Assembly: GCA_001512635.1 (NCBI GenBank)
Contig: LFSA01000061.1
Location: 747 to 64,746 of the forward strand
Direction of reading: 5' to 3'
DNA: 64,000 bases
From: Pelotomaculum sp. DTU098
Lineage (GTDB): Bacteria; Bacillota; Desulfotomaculia; Desulfotomaculales; Pelotomaculaceae
Below are positions 31,170-38,842 of this stretch, piece after piece. Position numbers and translations under genes: made by a program. Every line of letters begins with the position of its first letter. Position 1 is the first letter of the stretch. Under the pieces are notes generated by a model. It ran no database searches and had not been told where the DNA came from. It saw only the letters and a program-made list of their open reading frames with translations.

Positions 31170-31367
31170 ATGATTTACTGGGGGGCGAAATATTTGAGAT
31201 GCCCGATCTGTGGCGGTAAAGCTACCGGGAAGGTAGGTGTTGACCAGTATTACTGCTGGGACTGCTGCATAGAATACAGGATTAACAAAGAAGGGGTTCA
31301 GATTTACGAGGTTGCCGAAGATGGAAGTCTTGTAGCTTTTGACCCGCAAAACGAGTTCTTACTTTGA
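31170..31367 (+). CDS. Hypothetical small zinc-ribbon protein
   Basis: 65-aa ORF with CPICGG ... CWDCC, four Cys spaced like a zinc ribbon. The SD is weak and I recognised no family. Confidence 0.4.
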   Translation: MIYWGAKYLRCPICGGKATGKVGVDQYYCWDCCIEYRINKEGVQIYEVAEDGSLVAFDPQNEFLL

Positions 31368-31390
31368 GACGGACGGGGGTGACCTTCAGC

Positions 31391-31579
31391 ATGCGCAAGA
31401 CATTTTTGAGAGGCATAATAGCCGGTAGTATTTTAGGGGCTGCTGTGAGCATGATGGCAGTAGGTGGTATACACAGGCAAGGGAAAAAAAGCATCCTGGG
31501 ATACACCGCCAGGAGCAGAAACCGGGCCGACAGGATGATGCGGAGAGTCTCGAAAACAGTCAACAACCTGATTAAATAG
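31391..31579 (+). CDS. Hypothetical small membrane protein (YtxH-like N-terminus)
   Basis: 62 aa from ATG 31391 after a GGGGGTGA SD. One glycine-rich TM (GIIAGSILGAAVSMMAVGG) is followed by a basic tail. Confidence 0.45.
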   Translation: MRKTFLRGIIAGSILGAAVSMMAVGGIHRQGKKSILGYTARSRNRADRMMRRVSKTVNNLIK

Positions 31580-31618
31580 GAAAACTAAAGTGGGGAGAAC
31601 AAACTCCTCACTTTTTCC

Positions 31619-32677
31619 TTGGTGGTGGGTAAAATAGCCTGGTGGAATGATCAGAAAACGGGGCGGCTGCTGTTTTTAATAACCCTTTTGACAATTGGCC
31701 TGTATATTTTATACCTGCTGCGGGGGTTGTTAATCTCCTTTATTCTGGCGGTTTTGATCGTATACCTGATCTATCCCCTGGTTTTTGCCATTGAAAAAAG
31801 AGGCACACCAAGGGTATGGGCCATCCTGATAGCCTACCTCGCACTTTTCATTGTAGTTGCCGGTATCTTTATGTATGGAGTACCCCGGATAGTCAAACAG
31901 CTACACGGCCTGGAGGAAACAATTCCCCTCTATACTGAACAATTCTATGAAATGATCAATTCCTTCCAGTTGCGCTTAACTAACCTCGGGGTCGGCGAAA
32001 GCGTCAGGCAGGTGATTGACGAAAGGGTTTCCTGGTTTGAAGAATACATGCTCCAATTAGTCAGAGGGGCCGTTGATGCTTTGCTCGGAATTGTTGGTTA
32101 TATCTTTAAAATTATCCTGGCCCCGGTCCTGGCCTTTTACTTTTTAAAAGATATCGAAAACATCCATCGCAAAGTTGTCTCAATCATACCAGCAGAAAGA
32201 AGGGAAGACATTGTTGAACTATTTCAAGAGATAAACCAAATATTAACCAGTTACACCAGGGGCTACCTACTGGTAGCTGCAATCATTGGAGGTTTGACTA
32301 CCCTGGCCATGGCTTTGCTGGGTGTAGATTTTGCGCTTATGCTCGGCATTTTTGCAGGTCTGACCGAATTAATCCCCTATTTCGGTCCTGTCATCGGGGC
32401 AATTCCCGCGGTTAGCCTGGCCGTCCTGGAGTCAAAATGGCTGGCCTTAAAAGTAGTCCTTGCTTTTATTATTATCCACCAGTTGGAAGGGAGCATTATT
32501 TCCCCAAAGATCCTGGGAGATAAAGTAGGCCTGCATCCATTAGTCGTTATTGTGAGCCTTTTAATCGGAGGAGAATTGTATGGACTGGTGGGAATGCTCC
32601 TGGCAGTTCCAGTTTCAGCAATACTAAAAGTAATATTTAAGTATTTCATTTATAGATTTAAGGCTGCTGATAATTAA
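31619..32677 (+). CDS. AI-2E family transporter (PerM/YrrI-like permease)
   Basis: 352 aa with about 8 TM helices and the conserved motif L.E.IPY.GP.IGAIP. Confidence 0.85.
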   Translation: MVVGKIAWWNDQKTGRLLFLITLLTIGLYILYLLRGLLISFILAVLIVYLIYPLVFAIEKRGTPRVWAILIAYLALFIVVAGIFMYGVPRIVKQLHGLEETIPLYTEQFYEMINSFQLRLTNLGVGESVRQVIDERVSWFEEYMLQLVRGAVDALLGIVGYIFKIILAPVLAFYFLKDIENIHRKVVSIIPAERREDIVELFQEINQILTSYTRGYLLVAAIIGGLTTLAMALLGVDFALMLGIFAGLTELIPYFGPVIGAIPAVSLAVLESKWLALKVVLAFIIIHQLEGSIISPKILGDKVGLHPLVVIVSLLIGGELYGLVGMLLAVPVSAILKVIFKYFIYRFKAADN

Positions 32678-32689
32678 AACAGGGTATTC

Positions 32690-32719
32690 TTGACACATTA
32701 GAGTGGTATTTTGTATAAT
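32690..32719 (+). promoter_or_regulatory. SigA-type promoter of the alaS leader
   Basis: TTGACA (32690-32695), 18-nt spacer, TATAAT (32714-32719). Confidence 0.55.
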
Positions 32720-32841
32720 TATAGCGCAAAAATAACAAAAATTTATAATCCAGGTTACCTAAAACGCGTATTAGACCAATAATGCAGCAAATAATGATAA
32801 TTAATCGCTTTGACCTTTACCGGGGTGGCGCCTTGGAGGAG

Positions 32842-32886
32842 CCTTTCCGTCCCGTAAAGAATTTCTTTAAGGAGGAAAGGTTTTTT
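32842..32886 (+). terminator. Leader (attenuator) terminator upstream of alaS
   Basis: CCTTTCCGTCC (32842-32852) pairs with GGAGGAAAGG (32871-32880) with one bulge, followed by TTTTTT (32881-32886). It lies 138 nt before the alaS start. Confidence 0.65.
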
Positions 32887-33023
32887 GATTGCACTTCAAA
32901 AGGTCAATACTGCTTTGCAGAGTTCTGCTAACGGGAAGCGCAAGTTATTTTGACAAGCTGTTTTAACCGGTGTTGATAAAATGCGCGTTTCCCCAGTTAT
33001 TTCTACAGGAGGTTATTAATCTG

Positions 33024-35663
33024 ATGACCGGTAATGAAATAAGAGAGAGTTTTTTAAGGTTTTTTGAAAGCAAGGGACATAAAAGATTGCCAAGCGCTTC
33101 CCTGATACCCGTAAACGACCCCAGTATTCTCTGGACAGCAGCTGGTATGGTACCCTTCAAGCCTTTTTTTACCGGAGCAGCCAAGCCTGAGTTCAAGAGG
33201 GTTACAACCTGTCAGAAATGCATCCGCACACCGGATATTGAATCTGTGGGCAGAACTGCCAGGCACCATACCTTTTTCGAAATGCTTGGCAATTTTTCCT
33301 TCGGCGATTATTTTAAAGAGTCCGCCATACCCTGGGCCTGGGAGTACGTCACTGAGCACCTTAAACTGCCGCCGGACAAGCTCTGGGTAACAATCTACCT
33401 GGATGACGACGAGGCTTTCGATATCTGGCACAATGTCGTCAAGGTTCCGGCCGGACGCATTGTCAGGATGGGTAAGGATACAAACTTCTGGGAGATTGGC
33501 GTAGGTCCCTGCGGCCCCTGTTCGGAAATATACGTGGATCTTGGTGAGGAAAGAGGGTGCGTCTCGCCCGACTGCAAGGTTGGTTGTGATTGTGACCGCT
33601 ATCTTGAAATCTGGAACCTTGTGTTTATCCAGTTTTTCAAAGATGAACAGGGCAACTATACGCCCCTGGAGCAAAAGGGTATTGATACAGGTTTTGGCCT
33701 GGAGCGGGTGGCGTCAGTAATGCAAGGCGTCTCCTCCAACTTCGACACCGACCTCTTGAGGGAAATTATGGATTATACAGCGGGTCTTTTCGGTCTGGTC
33801 TATGGAAGGGAGGAAAAGGTTGATGTCGCTTTAAAGGTGATTGCCGACCACTCCCGGGCAATTACCTTTGCCATTACAGACGGAGCCCTTCCATCCAACG
33901 AAGGCAGGGGCTACGTTATCCGTCGCCTGCTCAGGCGGGCAGTCCGTTTCGGCAGGCTCCTGGGCATTCAGGAACCATTTTTAGACAGGGTTGCCGGAGC
34001 TGTAGTCAGGCAGATGGGACATACCTACCCAGAACTTGTTGAACGCCGGGACCACGTAATCAGGGTTATCAGGAGCGAGGAAGAACGCTTTGGCGAAACC
34101 TTAAACCAGGGTACGGATATGTTAAACCGGATTATAATGGAGACAAAAAAAGCCGGCAGTTCAACTATCCCTGGAGTGGATGCTTTCAAGCTCTATGACA
34201 CCTATGGTTTTCCCCTGGAACTGACCCAGGAAATGGCATCCGAGCAAGGGCTGACTGTTGATGTGGACGCTTTTAAAGAGGCCATGGAAGACCAAAGGAA
34301 AAGGGCCAGGAGCGCCCGGCAGGAGGTTGAATACATCTCCGAGCGGGATGCCCTTTTCAAAGAAGTCCGTGAAGAAAAGGGAGAAACCACCTTTGTCGGC
34401 TACAACTCCCTGGAAACCAATTCTATTGTCCTTGCTTTATTCCAGGACGGCAAGAAAGTTGAATCTGCTGCAGCCGGGACAGAAGTGGAACTGATTCTGG
34501 ACGTTACCCCCTTTTACGCTGAAGCGGGAGGCCAGGTAAGCGACCGCGGTCAAATTACAGGGCCTGGTTTAATTGTAGAAATCGAGGAAGTTTCCAAACC
34601 TGTTGAGAACCTCTTCGTGCACCGGGGTAAAGTAGTAAAAGGTGTATTAAAAGAGTATGAGCCGGTAACGGCCCAGGTTGACCGCCGCAGAAGACTGGCG
34701 ATCTGCCGGAACCACTCGGCCACTCACCTGCTGCACAAGGCCCTGAAGGTAGTTTTGGGTAATCATGTTAACCAGGCCGGCTCCCTGGTGGAACCTGAAC
34801 GGCTGCGCTTTGACTTTACCCATTATGCCGCAGTTTCCCAGGCTGAATTAAAGGAAATTGAAAACACCGTCAACCGTGCCGTGATGGCCAACCTGCCGGT
34901 GGAAGTTCTCGAAACTTCCCTGGAAGAAGCCCGTACCATGGGCGCCGAAGCCCTTTTCGGTGAAAAGTACGGAGAGCGGGTCAGGGTTGTAAAAATGGGA
35001 GATTTCAGCATGGAGTTGTGCGGGGGGACGCATTTGCGCTCCACTGCAGAGATTGGCTTGTTTAAGTTGACCGGAGAGAGCAGTATAGGGGCCGGACTTC
35101 GCCGGGTTGAGGCAGTAACCGGAGAGGGTGCCCTGAGCTACATCGAGGCCAAAGAGGAGCAACTGGCCGGAATTGCCCGCCTGGTAAAAGCAGCCCCGCA
35201 GGAAGTTATGCACCGCGTGGAAAGCCTGTTGAAGAGCATTAAAGACCTGGAGGCCGAGAATGAAGCGCTTCAAGCCCGGCTGGCCAGGTACCAGGTCAAC
35301 GACCTGCTTGACCGTGTAAAAACTGTAAAGGGAGTTAAGGTTCTTGCGGGACGGGCTGAGGCGCCCGATATGGACAGCCTGCGGGGGATGGTCGATCTTT
35401 TAAGAGACAAAATCGGATCAGGAGTAATCGTGCTTGGCAGCGGCAACGCTGCAGGTGGAAAAGTCAATCTGGTTGCGGCAGTAACCAAGGATTTATTGAA
35501 TAAGGGGCTTCATGCCGGTAAACTGGTCAAGGAGCTGTCTGCTACAATAGGTGGTGGCGGTGGAGGCCGGCCTGATCTGGCCCAGGCAGGGGGTAAAGAC
35601 CCGTCCCGCCTGGATGAGGCCCTCGAACAGGCCCTCGAGGTTGTTGAAAACCAGCTGAAATAG
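33024..35663 (+). CDS. alaS: Alanine--tRNA ligase
   Basis: N-terminus MTGNEIRESFLRFFESKGH, the motifs FTNAGM-like WTAAGMVPFK and FEMLGNFSFGDYFK, the editing-domain HxxxH/CGGTH site (HSATHLLH, CGGTHL) and a C-Ala domain. Start ATG 33024 follows an AGGAGG SD. Confidence 0.96.
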   Translation: MTGNEIRESFLRFFESKGHKRLPSASLIPVNDPSILWTAAGMVPFKPFFTGAAKPEFKRVTTCQKCIRTPDIESVGRTARHHTFFEMLGNFSFGDYFKESAIPWAWEYVTEHLKLPPDKLWVTIYLDDDEAFDIWHNVVKVPAGRIVRMGKDTNFWEIGVGPCGPCSEIYVDLGEERGCVSPDCKVGCDCDRYLEIWNLVFIQFFKDEQGNYTPLEQKGIDTGFGLERVASVMQGVSSNFDTDLLREIMDYTAGLFGLVYGREEKVDVALKVIADHSRAITFAITDGALPSNEGRGYVIRRLLRRAVRFGRLLGIQEPFLDRVAGAVVRQMGHTYPELVERRDHVIRVIRSEEERFGETLNQGTDMLNRIIMETKKAGSSTIPGVDAFKLYDTYGFPLELTQEMASEQGLTVDVDAFKEAMEDQRKRARSARQEVEYISERDALFKEVREEKGETTFVGYNSLETNSIVLALFQDGKKVESAAAGTEVELILDVTPFYAEAGGQVSDRGQITGPGLIVEIEEVSKPVENLFVHRGKVVKGVLKEYEPVTAQVDRRRRLAICRNHSATHLLHKALKVVLGNHVNQAGSLVEPERLRFDFTHYAAVSQAELKEIENTVNRAVMANLPVEVLETSLEEARTMGAEALFGEKYGERVRVVKMGDFSMELCGGTHLRSTAEIGLFKLTGESSIGAGLRRVEAVTGEGALSYIEAKEEQLAGIARLVKAAPQEVMHRVESLLKSIKDLEAENEALQARLARYQVNDLLDRVKTVKGVKVLAGRAEAPDMDSLRGMVDLLRDKIGSGVIVLGSGNAAGGKVNLVAAVTKDLLNKGLHAGKLVKELSATIGGGGGGRPDLAQAGGKDPSRLDEALEQALEVVENQLK

Positions 35664-35676
35664 AGCTAAATAGCCT

Positions 35677-35702
35677 AAAAACCCGGATAAACCGGGTTTT
35701 TT
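35677..35702 (+). terminator. Rho-independent terminator after alaS
   Basis: AAAAACCCGG and CCGGGTTTTT pair around loop ATAA, followed by a T-run to 35702. Confidence 0.85.
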
Positions 35703-35708
35703 AGTTTT

Positions 35709-35769
35709 GGTGCCTTAGGTGCCTGGTGCCTGGGTGCCTGAGGTGCCTTTGCCTGTGCATGAGGTGCCT
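35709..35769 (+). repeat. Array of six GGTGCCT heptamers (spacing 7-9 nt for the first five, then 21 nt) plus one partial copy
   Basis: Copies at 35709, 35718, 35725, 35733, 35742 and 35763, with a partial GCCT at 35751. The array lies immediately downstream of the alaS terminator, in a non-coding gap between convergent genes. Confidence 0.8.
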
Positions 35770-35790
35770 GACACCAACTTATCAACTTAT
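35767..35790 (+). repeat. 24-nt dispersed motif, copy A (CCTGACACCAACTTATCAACTTAT)
   Basis: 23/24 identical to the reverse complement of 44679-44702. It contains a tandem octamer AACTTAT(C/T). Confidence 0.8.
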
Positions 35791-35846
35791 TGATGATTCA
35801 TTCAAACTATTTGAAACTGCCAAGTAGGGTTTCTCTTCTTATAATA

Positions 35847-35867
35847 CCCGGGTAACCGGGGCTTTTT
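35847..35867 (+). terminator. Hairpin with GNRA loop and T-runs (terminator-like, possibly bidirectional)
   Basis: CCCGG-GTAA-CCGGG (35847-35860) is followed by GCTTTTTCGCTTTTT on the plus strand. It sits between the alaS 3' region and the 3' end of the minus-strand GNAT gene. Confidence 0.5.
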
Positions 35868-35985
35868 CGCTTTTTATTGGCTTTCGGGTTAGGGTATCCC
35901 GTTTTAAGGAAATACTAAGCAAAAAGTACCTAAAATAACATTATTATGTCACTTAAATACAGCACACACTAAAAACCATCCTGGT

Positions 35986-36453
35986 TTATCCCGTAGCTGC
36001 CAGGGGATCATAGATCATGGCAATTTCTTCGCAATTGGGGAATTTGGGGCAATTGACGCATTCCTTCCATACTTTTTGGGGCAGTGATTCCTTACTTATA
36101 ACTTTAAAGCCGCACTTTTCGAAAAACTTTTGCTGGTAAGTGAGTACGAAGACCTGGGGTATGGCCAGTTCCCGCGCTTCTTCTAGAAACATCTTGACCA
36201 GCTGCTGGCCCACTCCCTGCCCGGTATACTCCGGTGCTACAGCCAGCGCCCTGATTTCGGCGAGGTCTTCCCAGATAATGTGCAGCGAACCGGCTGCGAT
36301 AACTTTATCCCCGTCACAGGCAATGGTAAACTCCCGCAGGCTTTCATAAAGCAAGGTCCGGGGACGGGCCAGCATCAAACCCTTTTCCGCATAGTAAGTA
36401 ATCAAAGCGTGAATTGCTTCTACATCGGTAATTTTAGCTTTTCTGAATTCCAT
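35986..36453 (-). CDS. GNAT family N-acetyltransferase (amino-acid N-acetyltransferase-like)
   Basis: 155 aa with the acetyl-CoA motif Q/RxxGxG/A (YTGQGVGQQLV) and the GNAT beta-alpha pattern (LAEIRALAV.PEY). Confidence 0.85.
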   Translation of the reverse strand: MEFRKAKITDVEAIHALITYYAEKGLMLARPRTLLYESLREFTIACDGDKVIAAGSLHIIWEDLAEIRALAVAPEYTGQGVGQQLVKMFLEEARELAIPQVFVLTYQQKFFEKCGFKVISKESLPQKVWKECVNCPKFPNCEEIAMIYDPLAATG

Positions 36454-36739
36454 TTATAGTTCACCTTTCTATAGAATTAGTAATTATTATATATTACTTG
36501 CAGGAAGCGTCAATATCTTTAATTACCGCTCAATGTCTCTCAATCAGGTTTGGGACAGTAACCGGGCAGGAAAAGAAATTCCACTGGAGAATATATAAAG
36601 ATTTAGCAAAAACCAAAAACTAATGATAGAATGAAATTATAACAGGGTAAGATCTTCAAGCCGGCTTTGTTTAACCTTAAAAAAGTTGCTAATAATAATC
36701 CACTCTGCATTGTAATTTGACAGGAAGGAGGTTGCCTAA

Positions 36740-37000
36740 ATGTCCTGGGAGGATAAGGAAAAAACCATGATGTTTAAAGTTCAGGCCGAAGAAGCAAACC
36801 AGGCCCGCGACATCTTACATCAGGTATATAAAGCCCTAAAGGAAAAAGGTTACAACCCGATTAATCAGCTTGTAGGGTACCTTTTATCGGGTGACCCTGC
36901 TTATATAACCAGTCACGGAAATGCCCGCAGCCTGATCCGTCGCCTGGAAAGGGACGATTTACTGGAGGAACTGGTCAAAAGCTATTTAAATAAAAAATAA
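36740..37000 (+). CDS. ireB: IreB family regulatory phosphoprotein (DUF965/UPF0297)
   Basis: 86 aa with the highly conserved [47 protein letters not shown]. It sits downstream of alaS as in B. subtilis (yrzL). Confidence 0.9.
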   Translation: MSWEDKEKTMMFKVQAEEANQARDILHQVYKALKEKGYNPINQLVGYLLSGDPAYITSHGNARSLIRRLERDDLLEELVKSYLNKK

Positions 37001-37015
37001 AATCAAGCGGAAATA

Positions 37016-37984
37016 ATGGGCAAGGAGTTGGAATTTTTGCTTTACCGGCTTCTTGGAGAAACCAAAATGGAAGTATCACGCCTTTGTTTTGGTGCGCTGA
37101 CCATTGGTTCACTCCAGGCTAATTTGCCCTTGGCTGAAGGAGCAGGGGTTATCCGGAGCGCCCTGGAGTCAGGGGTTAATTTTATTGATACAGCAGAGCT
37201 TTACGACACTTACAAATATATCAGACAGGCCATCCAGGGCTTTGAGCGGGACGTTATAATTGCTTCCAAATGCTATGCCTACACCTATGAAGGTATGCGC
37301 ACCAGCGTGGAAAAGGCGCTCAAGGAATTGGGCAGGGATTATATAGATATCTTTATGCTTCACGAACAGGAATCAATATTAACCATCAAAGGACACTGGG
37401 AAGCCATCGAATACCTGATCGAGGCCAAAGAGAAAGGCATTGTTCGGGCTATCGGTATTTCAACCCACCATGTTGAAGGTGTCATGGGCGCCGCCTCAGT
37501 TCCTGAAATAGATGTGATCCACCCCCTGGTCAATATAGCTGGTATTGGCATTAGAGGGGGAACACGGGAGGACATGTTAAAGGCAATCAAAACAGCTGCA
37601 AAGGCCGGCAAGGGGATTTACGCCATGAAGGCCCTGGGTGGCGGGAACCTCCTCGACCGGACGGAGGAAGCTTTTGATTTTATCCTTGGTATTCCCGAAA
37701 TTGCCTCGGTAGCTGTGGGTATGAGGACCAGGGAAGAAGTGGAGTACAATACACGCCTTTTCAGTGGTCAGCGGGTACCGGAACATATTAAATCTGCGGT
37801 GAGGCGCCTTCCAAGGCGTCTGCACCTGGAAAACTGGTGCACCGGCTGCGGGAAATGTATCCAGCGATGCCGCTCCGGCGCCTTAAGCCTTTCCGGAGGC
37901 AGGGCCGTGGTGGATAGACAGCTTTGCACCCTCTGCGGCTATTGCGGTTCTGTTTGCCCGAATTTCTGCATAAAGGTGATTTGA
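37016..37984 (+). CDS. Aldo/keto reductase fused to a C-terminal 2x[4Fe-4S] ferredoxin domain
   Basis: AKR barrel motifs (LCFGALTIG, IDTAELY, MLHEQES, GIST) with a C-terminal CTGCGKCIQRC ... CTLCGYCGSVCP. An alternative start is TTG 37037 (MLYRLLGETKMEVS) after an AAGGAG SD. Confidence 0.8.
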   Translation: MGKELEFLLYRLLGETKMEVSRLCFGALTIGSLQANLPLAEGAGVIRSALESGVNFIDTAELYDTYKYIRQAIQGFERDVIIASKCYAYTYEGMRTSVEKALKELGRDYIDIFMLHEQESILTIKGHWEAIEYLIEAKEKGIVRAIGISTHHVEGVMGAASVPEIDVIHPLVNIAGIGIRGGTREDMLKAIKTAAKAGKGIYAMKALGGGNLLDRTEEAFDFILGIPEIASVAVGMRTREEVEYNTRLFSGQRVPEHIKSAVRRLPRRLHLENWCTGCGKCIQRCRSGALSLSGGRAVVDRQLCTLCGYCGSVCPNFCIKVI

Positions 37985-37985
37985 A

Positions 37986-38432
37986 ATGCGCTTTATGGGT
38001 CTGGACCTGGGAGAAAAAAGAATCGGTGTAGCCCTGAGCGATCCTCTGGGCTGGACCGCCCAGGGGTTAGAGGTGATTCCAGTCAGTGGTTCCCTGGAAA
38101 ACAGCATCACTCCTATTCAAAACATTGTGCGCCAGTATGAAGTGGAGAAGATAATCATAGGTATGCCCAGAAACATGGACGGAAGTTTAAGTCCATCAGC
38201 CATAAGGGCAAAGGAATTCGCTGGCTTGCTATCAAAAAAACTGGGCCTTCCTGTGGAAATGTATGATGAACGGCTGACCACCCTGGCTGCGGAGAGAGTA
38301 TTACTAGAGGCCGATCTGAGCAGAAGCAGGCGTCGAAAAGTTATAGATAAAATGGCTGCGGTTTTGATCCTGCAGGGTTATCTCGACAATCTAGCCTTTA
38401 AGGATAAAAATAAAGGGCGCCTTGAAGAGTAG
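37986..38432 (+). CDS. ruvX: Holliday junction resolvase-like / pre-16S rRNA nuclease RuvX (YqgF)
   Basis: 148 aa with the motifs MGLDLGEKRIGVALSD, GMP.NMDGS and DER.TT..A. Confidence 0.92.
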   Translation: MRFMGLDLGEKRIGVALSDPLGWTAQGLEVIPVSGSLENSITPIQNIVRQYEVEKIIIGMPRNMDGSLSPSAIRAKEFAGLLSKKLGLPVEMYDERLTTLAAERVLLEADLSRSRRRKVIDKMAAVLILQGYLDNLAFKDKNKGRLEE

Positions 38433-38508
38433 TAAAAGCTCACATTTTCTTGACATGTGGAAAAATTTAATATAAAATGAGCTATAAACTTTGGAAGAGG
38501 TGAAAGTA

Positions 38509-38772
38509 TTGACCGAACAGGATGAAGTAATCACTCTGGTAGATGAGGAAGGAACAGAGCACGACTTTACAGTCATTGATATAATAAGTGTCGATCAATC
38601 GGAATATGCTATCCTGCTGCCGGTGGAGGAAGAAAGCGACGAGGCTATTATTCTCAAATTCAGCCAGGATGAAGACGGAAATGAGCTCCTCATTGATATA
38701 GAAGACGATGAAGAGTGGGAAAAGGTTGCCGACGCCTGGGAAAAAATGCTTGCCGAGGAAGAAGTAGAGTGA
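38509..38772 (+). CDS. DUF1292 domain protein
   Basis: Acidic small protein with ITLVDEEGTEHDF.V.D and EYAIL motifs. Start TTG 38509 lies 7 nt after GAGGTG; the ORF-track start 38491 is also TTG. Confidence 0.8.
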   Translation: MTEQDEVITLVDEEGTEHDFTVIDIISVDQSEYAILLPVEEESDEAIILKFSQDEDGNELLIDIEDDEEWEKVADAWEKMLAEEEVE

Positions 38773-38787
38773 CTATAGAAAAAAATA

Positions 38788-38824
38788 AGCTGGTTGCGGG
38801 GTTGCCCCAATCCGGCTTTTTTTT
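38788..38824 (+). terminator. Rho-independent terminator after the DUF1292 gene
   Basis: AAGCTGGTTGCGGGG and CCCCAATCCGGCTT form an imperfect stem, followed by TTTTTTTT (38817-38824). Confidence 0.65.
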
Positions 38825-38842
38825 GATCGAGGTGTGTCGGGC

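Noticed and set aside
32822-32836. Calling the alaS leader a canonical T-box riboswitch on the basis of GGGGTGGCGCC.
   Set aside because: The bases after GGGTGG do not fit the T-box consensus or the tRNA-Ala discriminator. No Stem I elements are visible in the A+T-rich upstream part. The terminator sits unusually far (138 nt) from the start codon. I report it as an uncharacterised attenuator instead.
35705-35827. Cys-rich peptide reading frame (..CLRCLVPGCLRCLCLCMRCL..) across the GGTGCCT repeat array, and a His/Arg-rich frame on the opposite strand.
   Set aside because: The Cys or His/Arg richness is a direct consequence of translating the repeated heptamer. There is no SD, no plausible start (only an internal GTG/ATG without context), and a stop lies immediately upstream. 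I treat it as a non-coding repeat.
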